IMG/VR virus record: IMGVR_UViG_3300045988_111617
DNA: 64,000 nt
DNA from: a virus
Direction: 5' to 3' (one strand)
The position numbers and the translations under genes are program-made. How positions within the stretch are numbered: the stretch's first letter is position 1; every line of letters starts with the position of its first letter. Of this stretch, positions 31,934 through 41,422 are shown piece after piece. The notes under the pieces were generated by a model that was not told the DNA's origin, did not search any database, and saw only the letters and a program-made list of their open reading frames with translations.

Positions 31934-32474
31934 GCCTAATTCTATATAACATAAGGGAATCTATTTCCCCGTTTTTTATTTTATGCTTAAGTCCTTTCTT
32001 AATTTCCCTGTTGATATGAAATTGATAGAAAGATTTATTTGGATAGTCTGCTCTATACTTATTATAGAAGACTTTGAATACTTCTTTAGTTTCCTGTCTT
32101 ACAAGCCTCTTATCCTTATAAGACTGTTCATCCTCATACCACAGTTTTAGAGTAGAGTCCCAATCTATTGGAAGATTGGTTCTAAGTTTACCTTCCTTAA
32201 ACTCTACTATAGTTGGTCTCTTCCTAAGCTCCAATTTTCCCATCTTCTCAGGCAATACAATCTCTTCTCCTTGTATAATAAGCTGCCTTAGAATATCATT
32301 GGTCTTTCTTATAATACTTAGGAACTCACATTCAGTAAGTACATATTCAGACTCCTTTGGTCTTGTCTTCCTATAGTAGTGGAAAGCATCTTTCACTCCC
32401 CAGGAATTTCTTACTTTATGAACTCTCTTCTCTTTAGCCTTCTTAGCAGAAGACATAAACTCCCTTATATCCAT
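31917..32474 (-). CDS. Hypothetical protein (185 aa), Lys/Arg-rich
   Basis: ORF overlapping its neighbours by a few nt. Confidence 0.65.
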   Translation of the reverse strand: MDIREFMSSAKKAKEKRVHKVRNSWGVKDAFHYYRKTRPKESEYVLTECEFLSIIRKTNDILRQLIIQGEEIVLPEKMGKLELRKRPTIVEFKEGKLRTNLPIDWDSTLKLWYEDEQSYKDKRLVRQETKEVFKVFYNKYRADYPNKSFYQFHINREIKKGLKHKIKNGEIDSLMLYRIRHGEDN

Positions 32475-33235
32475 TAGTCTTCCTCCGTTTTAGTAGGTTT
32501 AGTAGTTTTAGGATTAACTCCCATCATTCCACTCATATCATCTGAAGCATTGTTTTGCTTATCTGTAGGCAAGTATCTAGCTCCACTTAATTCTTGTACC
32601 ATCAGCTGTATAAGAGGTGATATGAGAGTATCCTCAAGAGGAAACTCAGAATCAAGTATATCACAATTACCTTCAGACTGAGCAGAACATGCAAGTGCTG
32701 CTACCTCTTGTGCATTATGAAAGACTGCGTCTATCCTAAGTTTCTTCAGGTAAAGAAACTGAGGATTAGATGACTTTAGATATAGATAGTCATCTGGCCC
32801 TTTAGTAACATATATCATGTTTGACAGCCATTTGTTGTTTCCCACATAAGGCATTCTCTCAAGAGGTATATAGGATATATGTTCTGAGGTGAAGTAATCT
32901 ACTGGATATATATGCTTTATTCCTATATTCATTACTGATGGCATCTTTTTGGTACTCCTAAGATACACACCAGCACATGATGTACCCGGTATAGCAGGCA
33001 CCTCTATAAGGTCAAGACATATCTCCTGATAATTACTTCTGGTAACTTCTCCTTTTCTTGCATCCCTATACCTCCTGTCAAGAAGAAGTGCCCTATAGTT
33101 ATCTGCAAGAAAGATGAGATGTTCTGGGGTATAAGTGGCATCATTTGAGATAAGTTTTAACTCATCTAAAGCCATATATACTATGCTTCTATAAGTTGTC
33201 ATGATATTTTTCTTTATATATCCATTTATATCCAA
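32474..33235 (-). CDS. Hypothetical protein (253 aa)
   Basis: ORF. Confidence 0.7.
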   Translation of the reverse strand: MDINGYIKKNIMTTYRSIVYMALDELKLISNDATYTPEHLIFLADNYRALLLDRRYRDARKGEVTRSNYQEICLDLIEVPAIPGTSCAGVYLRSTKKMPSVMNIGIKHIYPVDYFTSEHISYIPLERMPYVGNNKWLSNMIYVTKGPDDYLYLKSSNPQFLYLKKLRIDAVFHNAQEVAALACSAQSEGNCDILDSEFPLEDTLISPLIQLMVQELSGARYLPTDKQNNASDDMSGMMGVNPKTTKPTKTEED

Positions 33236-33890
33236 AAGATGATTTGGAAAGTCCTATTAAACATCTATAGATAGCACTGGAGTTAAAATTATTTTCCTTG
33301 GCAGCCTCTATAGCTGATGAATATTCCTTTATAAATTTTCCATCAAGAGTAAGTTGAATCACCTTTTTCAAATTACTTCTGTACTCTTCAGAATTTACCA
33401 TTTTCACAGTCCATGGAACCTCTCTACCCTTTAGAGATTTGCTTATTTTATCTCTATGCTCTCCAGTAAATTTTCTACCTTTTAATGATTTGGACAATTT
33501 CTCTCTGGTCTGCTGACTACACTTCCTACCTTTGGCAGCTTTCCTTATCTTTTCCTTTCTTGTCTCATCACAATAATATCCTGAAGTAGCTTCTCCTCCT
33601 ATAGTGCAATTATATCCATTTTTATAGGAGTTGTAAAGACCTATATAATATATCTCTAACTTGTTAAGTTCCTCTGTAGCTATCTTTTTGGAAGTATAAG
33701 TATTCCTTTCTAAAACTTCATACCTGAAATTGTGAATACCATATTTCTTTCTGGCTCTATTTATCTTAACTCCTGCATATGGATAATTGGCTGTATTCCA
33801 CTGTTCTCTTCTTATTTTCTCATTAGTGGTCTGACCTATATAACATTTTCCATTTGGTGCAGTGTATTTATAAATAACTCCTTCTATCAT
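33189..33890 (-). CDS. GIY-YIG homing endonuclease with multiple NUMOD3 repeats
   Basis: N-terminus MIEGVIYKYTAPNGKCYIGQTTNEKIRREQW (GIY...YIG). Repeats TREKLSKSLKGRKFTGEHRDKISKSLKGREV (NUMOD3 x2-3). Confidence 0.8.
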   Translation of the reverse strand: MIEGVIYKYTAPNGKCYIGQTTNEKIRREQWNTANYPYAGVKINRARKKYGIHNFRYEVLERNTYTSKKIATEELNKLEIYYIGLYNSYKNGYNCTIGGEATSGYYCDETRKEKIRKAAKGRKCSQQTREKLSKSLKGRKFTGEHRDKISKSLKGREVPWTVKMVNSEEYRSNLKKVIQLTLDGKFIKEYSSAIEAAKENNFNSSAIYRCLIGLSKSSFGYKWIYKEKYHDNL

Positions 33891-33897
33891 ACCTAAA

Positions 33898-33949
33898 TTA
33901 GACTATTGCACAAATATAAAGAAAAATAGTCATTCATGCAATAGTCTAA
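33898..33949 (-). promoter_or_regulatory. 13-bp perfect inverted repeat (TTAGACTATTGCA ... TGCAATAGTCTAA) immediately upstream of the GIY-YIG start codon
   Basis: The IR arms at 33898-33910 and 33937-33949 would form a hairpin ending 8 nt upstream of the ATG at 33890. This is analogous to the translation-occluding hairpins of T4 free-standing endonuclease genes. Confidence 0.45.
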
Positions 33950-33974
33950 TCAAATTTGTTTATGTCTTATGAAC

Positions 33975-34364
33975 TTAATTATCCCAATAGTTTGTCTTAT
34001 GTTCAGTAGCTCTCACCCTAAAATCTTGTTCAGAGAATCTTAATATATCTTCCTCTGTGCCCCTATAAGGTTGCATTCCCCCAGGTGTTGGAAGAATAGT
34101 GCCTAACTGAGGTATTTCTTTATAGAATTGAGGATAAGGCATAAGGCAATTGCTTCCATACAGACAATATAAAAATTTTGCCATTATGTTGTAGTCTTCC
34201 TCAGTTACATAGGTATTCAGGTCAGTATTAAGAAAAGAATCTACTAATAATAATCCTAATATTTTTACAACTATATCATATCTTAAATAGCCTGTCTGAC
34301 TAAGATTAGTAAAATATTCATTGAGGGCATCAAGAGCTTGTTGAGTTGTTTTTCCTGCATACAT
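33975..34364 (-). CDS. Hypothetical protein (129 aa)
   Basis: ORF. Confidence 0.65.
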   Translation of the reverse strand: MYAGKTTQQALDALNEYFTNLSQTGYLRYDIVVKILGLLLVDSFLNTDLNTYVTEEDYNIMAKFLYCLYGSNCLMPYPQFYKEIPQLGTILPTPGGMQPYRGTEEDILRFSEQDFRVRATEHKTNYWDN

Positions 34365-34365
34365 A

Positions 34366-34926
34366 TTATTTACATCTACAAGGAGGGTTAAACTTCACAT
34401 TCTCTTCTGCAAACCACTCTTTGAACTTATCATTTGCCAAAGTATATTGAGCAGTTCTAATAGCAAGTTCAAATGCTTTAAATCTAAGTATATAATCTAT
34501 GAAGTCTCTAGGCAATTCACAACAGCCATTAACTACTTGCTTCATATGATTTATACCTTTTTGATATATAGATTGCCAATTCAATACTACTCCTAAAGTA
34601 TACTCAGTATCCATTGCACAAGGAGTATCAATAGAAGGAGTACCAGCTACAGATACATATACATAAAATATATGATTATTAAATGATGATAACTTAAATT
34701 TATCTGGTGAGAGATTTATACTGTATTCTTTTACAGTTGTATCTTGATTTTCATATACTACAACTGCATTAGAACTTGGTTTTCCTGTAGGAGAAAATGT
34801 TTCTTCTGTATCAATACTTATTGAAGATATAAACATATTTTCAAAGTATTTGTATGGAGCTACCTTAACATCTATAAAAAGATTTTGACCATCAGGAGTT
34901 ATTCTTAAATCATTAAAAATTACCAT
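34366..34926 (-). CDS. Hypothetical structural protein (186 aa)
   Basis: ORF directly downstream of the terminator-flanked 340-aa gene. Confidence 0.7.
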   Translation of the reverse strand: MVIFNDLRITPDGQNLFIDVKVAPYKYFENMFISSISIDTEETFSPTGKPSSNAVVVYENQDTTVKEYSINLSPDKFKLSSFNNHIFYVYVSVAGTPSIDTPCAMDTEYTLGVVLNWQSIYQKGINHMKQVVNGCCELPRDFIDYILRFKAFELAIRTAQYTLANDKFKEWFAEENVKFNPPCRCK

Positions 34927-34939
34927 ACTAATTCAGTTG

Positions 34940-34978
34940 AAAATTAAACAATAAAAGGGACCTTTTTAAGGTCCCTTT
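34940..34978 (-). terminator. Rho-independent terminator AAAGGGACC-TTAAAAA-GGTCCCTTT followed by a T-rich tract on the - strand
   Basis: Perfect 9-bp stem followed by TTTATTGTTTAATTTT (minus-strand reading), after the 340-aa gene. Confidence 0.7.
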
Positions 34979-34981
34979 AGT

Positions 34982-36004
34982 TTATGCAAGTTCCTTAAGG
35001 AATTCACTTGTCTCAGCTGGGACAATAGCCTTAATAGCTGCGATAAGAGCATTAATGTTTGTATAATCTTTTTCTCCTGGTCTAGGAACTACAATCTGGA
35101 TGTCCTTCTCAGATTTCTGTACTGAAATTCCATCACCCTGATAGAAGTAATGGATGTTGATAACATCATACATCTTAGATGGGTCAACCAGATACTTGGT
35201 AGGAATAACATTAGGCCATCCCATATTTCTGTACTGGTCTCCTCTCTCACCCATGCAGAAGTACTCAAGGTCTGCAATAAGCTGTCCTTCTGGAAGAGAA
35301 ACCTGAGGGTCATAAGACTCAACTTTTCCCCAAATTCTGTGGTCTCCATCTACAAGAACATCTACTGGCTGAACTTCAAAAGGAATTACTGCCTGAGGCA
35401 TTAATCCAAGATGCCAAGGCTGAACTGCCTCTACAAATCTAATTGCTGTATAAGTTCCAGTATAGGCTTTATCAAAAGCTTCCCAACTCATTGCCTCTAC
35501 TTTAGTTTCAGCAGAGCCGTCATAGAGATAAACATCTACAAGAGCTGTTACATCCTTTGAAAGATTAATTACTAAAGAGTGTGCCATCTTCTTATAGAAG
35601 TCTGATGCAGAAAGCCCAGGGAATACATGAACCATACCATACTTGAAGTACTGGTCTGCTTCTGACATACCAATATACTCTCTAAAGGCAAGTCTAAGAA
35701 TATAATCCTGCCCAGCTACTGGCTGACCACCATTCACCTCAGGGTTAAGAGTAAGAGTATATCCCTTAAGCTTAGTAGCCATGTCTTCAGCTTTAGTAGC
35801 TGTGAGATTAGTAATATTGTCAACCTTAATAAGGTCACTTCTCATCTTATCAAGAAGTGCTCCCATATACTGGAAATATATAGCACCACCTTCATTTGTC
35901 TTTACTACAGTGATGTCCCCAGCATCCTTAAGAGTTGCAAGGTTTTCCTTGTAGGCATTAGCAACATAAAGCTGCCTTACCTGATGCACTGAAAAAGCTG
36001 CCAT
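34982..36004 (-). CDS. Abundant structural protein candidate (340 aa)
   Basis: ORF followed by its own strong terminator, which usually marks highly expressed virion genes. No motif recognised. Confidence 0.7.
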   Translation of the reverse strand: MAAFSVHQVRQLYVANAYKENLATLKDAGDITVVKTNEGGAIYFQYMGALLDKMRSDLIKVDNITNLTATKAEDMATKLKGYTLTLNPEVNGGQPVAGQDYILRLAFREYIGMSEADQYFKYGMVHVFPGLSASDFYKKMAHSLVINLSKDVTALVDVYLYDGSAETKVEAMSWEAFDKAYTGTYTAIRFVEAVQPWHLGLMPQAVIPFEVQPVDVLVDGDHRIWGKVESYDPQVSLPEGQLIADLEYFCMGERGDQYRNMGWPNVIPTKYLVDPSKMYDVINIHYFYQGDGISVQKSEKDIQIVVPRPGEKDYTNINALIAAIKAIVPAETSEFLKELA

Positions 36005-36035
36005 AAATTATTGTTTGTTAAAAATATTTGTAAAA

Positions 36036-36710
36036 CTATTGTTGTGAACCCCAAACAGACTTAGCAATACTTACTGCTCTGATGAGGATTGCTCTGTGAA
36101 TTGCTGAACTTAATTTACAAGTTTGAGGTGTACTTATATCATTAATAGTCAGACCTTCTGGTAAATTTTCAAGTATTATAGGTTCTGGTTTTGAAAGATA
36201 TCTTATTGTATAAGATTCAATAGGATATTTGCTTATTAATTCAACTTTATTGGCTTCACAGTCCAATCTTAATATCCTTCTTTCATTAGGTCCTCTAAAT
36301 GGGCTATTCTTAGTTCTATATAAAGTATCTTGTGTTACTGGAACTACATCTACTTCTCTTTCTGTAGAATTTCCACATTTAAGGGAATTATCCTTTATTA
36401 TTGCCTTTTCTCCTGTCTTAAACCAAATGTCTGTATCTATATTAAAGAATACTGACCTTGAATCCAATCCCTTACCTTCTACTTTAGTTGTATAAGTAGC
36501 TTGCTTAACCAAAGGACTTAAATAATCAGTGACTTCTTCAGTACTTTCAAAAGAACTCCCAAGTTTTCCTGAATAAATATCAAGAACCAGAGCTTCTTGT
36601 GCTTGGGTTAAGAACAAGCTCTTCTCATACTCTGAAAGTCCTGGAGCTTGATTTGAAGAAATGTTATTATACATTAAATCAAATTCAAGTGAAAACTCTT
36701 GTGTTGTCAT
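36036..36710 (-). CDS. Hypothetical structural protein (224 aa)
   Basis: ORF. Confidence 0.7.
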   Translation of the reverse strand: MTTQEFSLEFDLMYNNISSNQAPGLSEYEKSLFLTQAQEALVLDIYSGKLGSSFESTEEVTDYLSPLVKQATYTTKVEGKGLDSRSVFFNIDTDIWFKTGEKAIIKDNSLKCGNSTEREVDVVPVTQDTLYRTKNSPFRGPNERRILRLDCEANKVELISKYPIESYTIRYLSKPEPIILENLPEGLTINDISTPQTCKLSSAIHRAILIRAVSIAKSVWGSQQ

Positions 36711-36711
36711 A

Positions 36712-37701
36712 TTATTTTACCTTTGCTTCAATTGAAAGTTTGAGCTCCTGATTCTTAGGAAGGTTAAGGTATCTTGCAGCTACATTCAGAGTAGGGTCCT
36801 CATTATGGTCACACAGTGGTGAGTTGTCACTTCTGAGGTATAACTGGTCACCTCTCTTTGATATTACTCCTGCTTCAATAGCCTTACTGATAAGCACCTT
36901 AGTACTGAGAAGTGGGTCAGTGATTATCTTGAGGAATAACTTAGAATCAGCCTGAATAAGGTTATTAATCTTACCCTGAAGGAACTCAAGTTTTGAATTA
37001 GAGGCTACAGGTCTACCATCTATAAGTTCAATGATGCACCTAAGAGTGTCTCTATCCTCCTTAATTCTACCATATTCCATGTAGCACTTCATGGTAGCTG
37101 ACATCTTTTCACTCTCCTGACTTTCCTGCTCACCCTCCCTAATCATTACAAACTGGTATGTTACCTTTGGCTTGTCCTGTAATGTCTCAAGAGAATCTGC
37201 AATAAAGTCAGAGTTAGCCTTGAGGACCTTGTACTTGATATAATCATCTGGTACTGAAAGGTCAAGATAATTGTCTTGCTTTGTCAGTCTGACCTGGTAG
37301 TTATCCCAGTAATTGTTCTCTTTCTTATAGATAGAGAGAGCATTATATTCAAGCCCCATAATCTCCTCAAGAAATGTCTTCTCATCATCTGTAAGTACAT
37401 TCTTATATGCACCAGAAGACCCAAGGATAGGAACTGTAAAGTATCTTACTGCACTTTCAGCCATACCTCCATAGAGGATATGTTTAGGGTTAGTAACAAG
37501 TCCTCCCTCCTTAGGGACATGCCTGATAATTACTCTCTCATTTCTTAAGCAAGACTCAACCACTCTACTTGGTTTTGGCTTCTTCTCACCCTCTATTCTT
37601 GTAGATGGTTTATTACCTTCCATAGAACTAACTTCATGTACTGAAATTGGGCTATCATCTATAGCTCCAAAATCAATAGACTCTTCCATTTTCTTTGCCA
37701 T
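36712..37701 (-). CDS. Hypothetical structural protein (329 aa)
   Basis: ORF downstream of the MCP-like gene. Confidence 0.7.
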   Translation of the reverse strand: MAKKMEESIDFGAIDDSPISVHEVSSMEGNKPSTRIEGEKKPKPSRVVESCLRNERVIIRHVPKEGGLVTNPKHILYGGMAESAVRYFTVPILGSSGAYKNVLTDDEKTFLEEIMGLEYNALSIYKKENNYWDNYQVRLTKQDNYLDLSVPDDYIKYKVLKANSDFIADSLETLQDKPKVTYQFVMIREGEQESQESEKMSATMKCYMEYGRIKEDRDTLRCIIELIDGRPVASNSKLEFLQGKINNLIQADSKLFLKIITDPLLSTKVLISKAIEAGVISKRGDQLYLRSDNSPLCDHNEDPTLNVAARYLNLPKNQELKLSIEAKVK

Positions 37702-37714
37702 TTATTTATCTCCC

Positions 37715-37751
37715 TTTAAAAATAAAGGGATAGGGTACTACCCTACCCCTT
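37715..37751 (-). terminator. Terminator hairpin GGGGTAGGGTA-GTA-CCCTATCCC followed by TTTATTTTT (minus-strand reading)
   Basis: Near-perfect stem immediately after the stop of the 504-aa gene. Confidence 0.6.
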
Positions 37752-37756
37752 ATGAT

Positions 37757-39271
37757 TTATCCCTGAAGTATTGCAGGTATAATTGACATTGTTCTTGTAG
37801 GGTCAAGAACACAGATTCCAAGAGTTGCCATTCTGTGGAATGTTGCTGAATCCTCATCATGGCTCATATATGGATTACCCATCTGACCAGTGAATGGATT
37901 TCTAAGACCCCACTCATAGCCCCTGAACTCTGTCTGACCCTTGATAGCACACTTGAAGATATTAGGCTGGTCCATTGTACCAATGTACATAATGTCATAC
38001 CTATATGAGTATGCTACACCACCCTCTGGGTGAAGAATCTTGTTTCTTACTGGGTCATCATAGAACGGGTCTACATCAATCTTAACCCTTACTCCATTAG
38101 GAGCCTTATACTCTACAAACTGGAAACCAGCTGAGAGAGCATTCTCATGAAGCTTACTCTGAGTCTTCTGAACTACTCCAATAGAGTTATTGTCAAGTAC
38201 AAACTGTGTCCAACCTGAAACTGTCTTGAGGACTTCTTTGTGGAACTGAATTGCTCCTCTTTCACCAGTCTTGATGACAAAGTATCTGTCATTGAAATCA
38301 AGCTTAGATGCTGAAAGTTCATAAAGAGCATCCTCAATAAGTTTAAGTGAGAAGTGGTTGTAGTACATTGTATTAGCTACTTCCATCTGCTCAAACAGAC
38401 CTGCACCAGTCTTGATAGCCTCACCTGACTTACCAAAGTTAAGGTACTCACCATTACTGTTCCTGTTGGAAACACCCCAAGCAAGTACATTATTCTTTGC
38501 TTCTGAGAACTGAAGTTCGAGTTCATAGTCCACATAGTGCATCCACATATTAGTGGTATCCTTAACAAGCTTTCCACCTTCAGTTTCCTTAGTAATAGGA
38601 ATACCTACTGCAAGCTTCTTATTAAGCATTGAACCACCAACCTTGTGATGAATTCTAATTGTAGACCACTCATTTCTCATAGAAACTGGTGAGCTGAATC
38701 TGATGTCACCAACCTTTCTTGAGAAACTTCTTTCTACTGGAGCATAACCAATGGAGAACCTTTCTCCTGCAAGAAGTCTTTCTGCTGGTACACCCTTAGA
38801 ATTAGTACCAAAGACCTCTACCTTATAAACTGCATTAGTTCCCTCAAACCTTGCTTCACCAAGAACCCTAAGTGGATATGCCTCATTGTAGTTACCCCAA
38901 AGGATTTCTCCATCAGCAAACCAATCTTCTGGGAATACAAGATAGAATGGAGCATAACCAGCACCTACAGGTGCATCTGTATCCTTTACAACATCTCCAT
39001 TCTCATTCCTTGCTTCAACAAGTGGAATGTTTCTCCTTGAAGAACCAATCACATCCCAGTAATATTCATTGTCATCATCAAACTCCCTTGTTGGGAACTG
39101 ATTGAGGAATGTGTCAAGGGTCTTACCTCTGTAGTAGGCAAGCAGCTGCACCATAAGGTTTGTAGCCTTCTGAGGTGCTAACTGGAAGATTTGTCCAAGG
39201 TGGTTTTCCTTGGTTGTACCCTTCCAGTGCTGGAAGCCTAACATCTGAAATTTACCAAGCTTTCCTGCCAT
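37757..39271 (-). CDS. Putative major capsid protein (504 aa)
   Basis: Size and position (after an acidic scaffold-like gene and followed by a dedicated terminator) are typical of crAss-like MCP genes. Beta-rich with Gly/Tyr-rich composition. No direct homology search was possible. Confidence 0.5.
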   Translation of the reverse strand: MAGKLGKFQMLGFQHWKGTTKENHLGQIFQLAPQKATNLMVQLLAYYRGKTLDTFLNQFPTREFDDDNEYYWDVIGSSRRNIPLVEARNENGDVVKDTDAPVGAGYAPFYLVFPEDWFADGEILWGNYNEAYPLRVLGEARFEGTNAVYKVEVFGTNSKGVPAERLLAGERFSIGYAPVERSFSRKVGDIRFSSPVSMRNEWSTIRIHHKVGGSMLNKKLAVGIPITKETEGGKLVKDTTNMWMHYVDYELELQFSEAKNNVLAWGVSNRNSNGEYLNFGKSGEAIKTGAGLFEQMEVANTMYYNHFSLKLIEDALYELSASKLDFNDRYFVIKTGERGAIQFHKEVLKTVSGWTQFVLDNNSIGVVQKTQSKLHENALSAGFQFVEYKAPNGVRVKIDVDPFYDDPVRNKILHPEGGVAYSYRYDIMYIGTMDQPNIFKCAIKGQTEFRGYEWGLRNPFTGQMGNPYMSHDEDSATFHRMATLGICVLDPTRTMSIIPAILQG

Positions 39272-39309
39272 AAATTTTTATGTTATTGTTGTTAATTCAG
39301 AATAGGAGG

Positions 39310-40455
39310 TTAGACATCAAGATGCCAGCCCTTGCCCACATAAGACTCAGGGTCTTCATCAACTCCAGTTGCAAACTTCAGATTACCATCTGAGGTTCTT
39401 GCAGTATTGTTGATAGTGGTTTCAAGCTCTCTCAATCCCTTCCTCACTTCCTTCTTTACTTTTCCTTTAATAAGCCCATCAAGGTTCTTGAAGCCATCAG
39501 TAAGAGTGTATATGAGACCTACATTCTTAAGAAAATCAAGTCTATTATCCATCTCATACTTCTGTAATGCTGTGAAGAGTTCCCCTGTTTCAGGGTCCTT
39601 ATAGACAGGCTTACTTACATTATCAAAGACCTTCTGTCTTGTAGCCTTGTCAATCTGGAGCTCTCCAAATACTTTCTCCTCTTCAAGTATGTTCTTCTTG
39701 AGAGTTTCAGCATCCTTCTTTCTCTCCTCAATCTCCTTTTCCTCTTCTTTCTTAGCCTCCTCTACTATAGAGTCATAAGAGCTCTTGAAGAACTCCTTAT
39801 TGCTCTTTAGAGACTCTTTGGCATCTTCTATATCAGTGCCTGCATCAAAAGACTTCTTTACCTCCCTTTGAGCTCTTTCTTTAGAGTAACCTCTATTGAT
39901 GAAGTCATTATAGATGAGCTGTCTTCTTAACTGTTCACCCTGCTCTGACTCATCTGAGATATTCTCATCCTTGATTGAATCAAGATAGTTGAGTGTTCTC
40001 TCATACTTTTGGACTTCAGAAGGTTCAATTCCAGCATTTAATGCTTCATCAATCCTCTTCTGTCTTTCATCAAATTGGGCAGAAACTTCATCTCTTATAG
40101 CCTGGGCAAAGGACTCTGCATCCTTTATCTCCTTGGCTTTATCATTATCAAGGTTCTGGAAGATACCATCTTCTTTCAAGGCACTGGCAATGGAAGAGTA
40201 GAAGTTGGTTTTGGGAGAAGTACCAGTCCCATCTGGGGAGGTATCTTCCTTTCCTTGCTTATCTTCTTTTCCACTACCTACGCTCTCTGATTCAAATAAA
40301 TCTTCTGCATCTACTTGAACCTCAGTAGTTTCATTATTTTTATTATCATCCTCCGTTGGTTCAGGTGGAGTTTCCTGTGTCTTACTTCCCTCCTCATCAA
40401 AGAGATTATCCATCTCTTCTGGGCTGAGGATGTTACTTAAATCGAGTTCTTCCAT
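39310..40455 (-). CDS. Acidic coiled-coil protein (381 aa), scaffold-like
   Basis: N-terminus extremely Asp/Glu-rich (..DEEGSKTQETPPEPTEDDNKNNETTEVQVDAEDLFESE..), followed by a K/E-rich predicted coiled coil. Located upstream of the MCP-like gene. Confidence 0.6.
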   Translation of the reverse strand: MEELDLSNILSPEEMDNLFDEEGSKTQETPPEPTEDDNKNNETTEVQVDAEDLFESESVGSGKEDKQGKEDTSPDGTGTSPKTNFYSSIASALKEDGIFQNLDNDKAKEIKDAESFAQAIRDEVSAQFDERQKRIDEALNAGIEPSEVQKYERTLNYLDSIKDENISDESEQGEQLRRQLIYNDFINRGYSKERAQREVKKSFDAGTDIEDAKESLKSNKEFFKSSYDSIVEEAKKEEEKEIEERKKDAETLKKNILEEEKVFGELQIDKATRQKVFDNVSKPVYKDPETGELFTALQKYEMDNRLDFLKNVGLIYTLTDGFKNLDGLIKGKVKKEVRKGLRELETTINNTARTSDGNLKFATGVDEDPESYVGKGWHLDV

Positions 40456-40502
40456 ATTATCTTCTCCTTAAACTTCATGCAAAGATATATACAAAAAATG
40501 TA

Positions 40503-40538
40503 ATAGGCAATAAGGAAAATGTTTTTCTTATTGCCTAT
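40503..40538 (-). terminator. Long hairpin (ATAGGCAATAAGGAAAA / TTTTTCTTATTGCCTAT) in the intergenic region after the YkuD-like gene
   Basis: Near-perfect inverted repeat of about 16 bp, followed on the - strand by a T-rich tract. Confidence 0.55.
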
Positions 40539-40608
40539 AAACTTTTTCACTTAGAGTAATACTACTTACCCTTCTTTCCCTTACCTTTACTTTTCTTGCA
40601 AGCCATAA

Positions 40609-41163
40609 TTAAACAATTTCAAGTTCTATATTATTACCTTTCATCTTATTGTAGAGTTCAGCAAATACCTTCTTACCATTCATAAGATATTCTTCTGCTG
40701 AAAGGTTGCCTACTCCTATGCATCCCTGTACCAAGGAATCTCTCTTTGGACCATCTGCAACATGAATAAGAACTCCATCATATCCTTTTACATCAATAAG
40801 TCTTGGAAGTTTGCCTTTACATGTTTCCATATAGAAGGGATACTGTGAAAACTTGGGACTTACTACATCCAAGGTGACTTTATATATCCCTTTTGGTATG
40901 GCGGTTTTGCCAGGTATCTTCAATAACTGTATCTGACCAATGCTCATGTCCTGTGTTAGGCCCCTGTCCTTATCCTCCAGAGTATCACAGAAATAGACTC
41001 CATCTACATACAGCTTACCTAAAGTGTAGCTATTCCTTGTTATAGTTCTCTTTATAGTTAGTTTCATCAGTGTCAAAATCCAATAGTTTGAACAAATCAT
41101 CAAGCTCTGTGTCACTATAAGGACATCTGTTCTTGCAGGATTCAACTGTACAGATTTTACCAA
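40609..41163 (-). CDS. YkuD-like (L,D-transpeptidase fold) protein; candidate peptidoglycan-acting enzyme / endolysin
   Basis: Motifs GIYKVTLDVV...GVLIHVADGPKRDSLVQGCIGVG parallel the YkuD catalytic His...S-x-G-C-(I/V)-(R/G) signature. The true start is probably an internal Met (about 41067 or 41100), because the 5' end overlaps the upstream ORF by 134 nt. Confidence 0.45.
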   Translation of the reverse strand: MVKSVQLNPARTDVLIVTQSLMICSNYWILTLMKLTIKRTITRNSYTLGKLYVDGVYFCDTLEDKDRGLTQDMSIGQIQLLKIPGKTAIPKGIYKVTLDVVSPKFSQYPFYMETCKGKLPRLIDVKGYDGVLIHVADGPKRDSLVQGCIGVGNLSAEEYLMNGKKVFAELYNKMKGNNIELEIV

Positions 41164-41422
41164 TCATCTTGATGACTACACTCTTAAGTCTCATAACTTC
41201 AGCCTTATTCTTGTCTACAATCTTTGAATATAAATCAAGTTTTCTGCCAAGGTCTTTAACCATGTCCTGATATATATCTAAAGATGCCTGCATATTGGAT
41301 ATCTGTGTACTAGCTACTTCCGCATTATACTTCTTCTTTGAGAATAGAAAAGTAAAAAATGCAGAGCAGAATGTAGTCACAGTACCTATACCTGCTGTAA
41401 CCAATATTCCTAAGTCCATCAC
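41030..41422 (-). CDS. Small protein with N-terminal transmembrane helix (130 aa); holin/spanin-like candidate
   Basis: N-terminus MMDLGILVTAGIGTVTTFCSAFFTFLFS is hydrophobic. Adjacent to other membrane proteins and to the putative cell-wall enzyme. Confidence 0.5.
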   Translation of the reverse strand: MMDLGILVTAGIGTVTTFCSAFFTFLFSKKKYNAEVASTQISNMQASLDIYQDMVKDLGRKLDLYSKIVDKNKAEVMRLKSVVIKMIGKICTVESCKNRCPYSDTELDDLFKLLDFDTDETNYKENYNKE

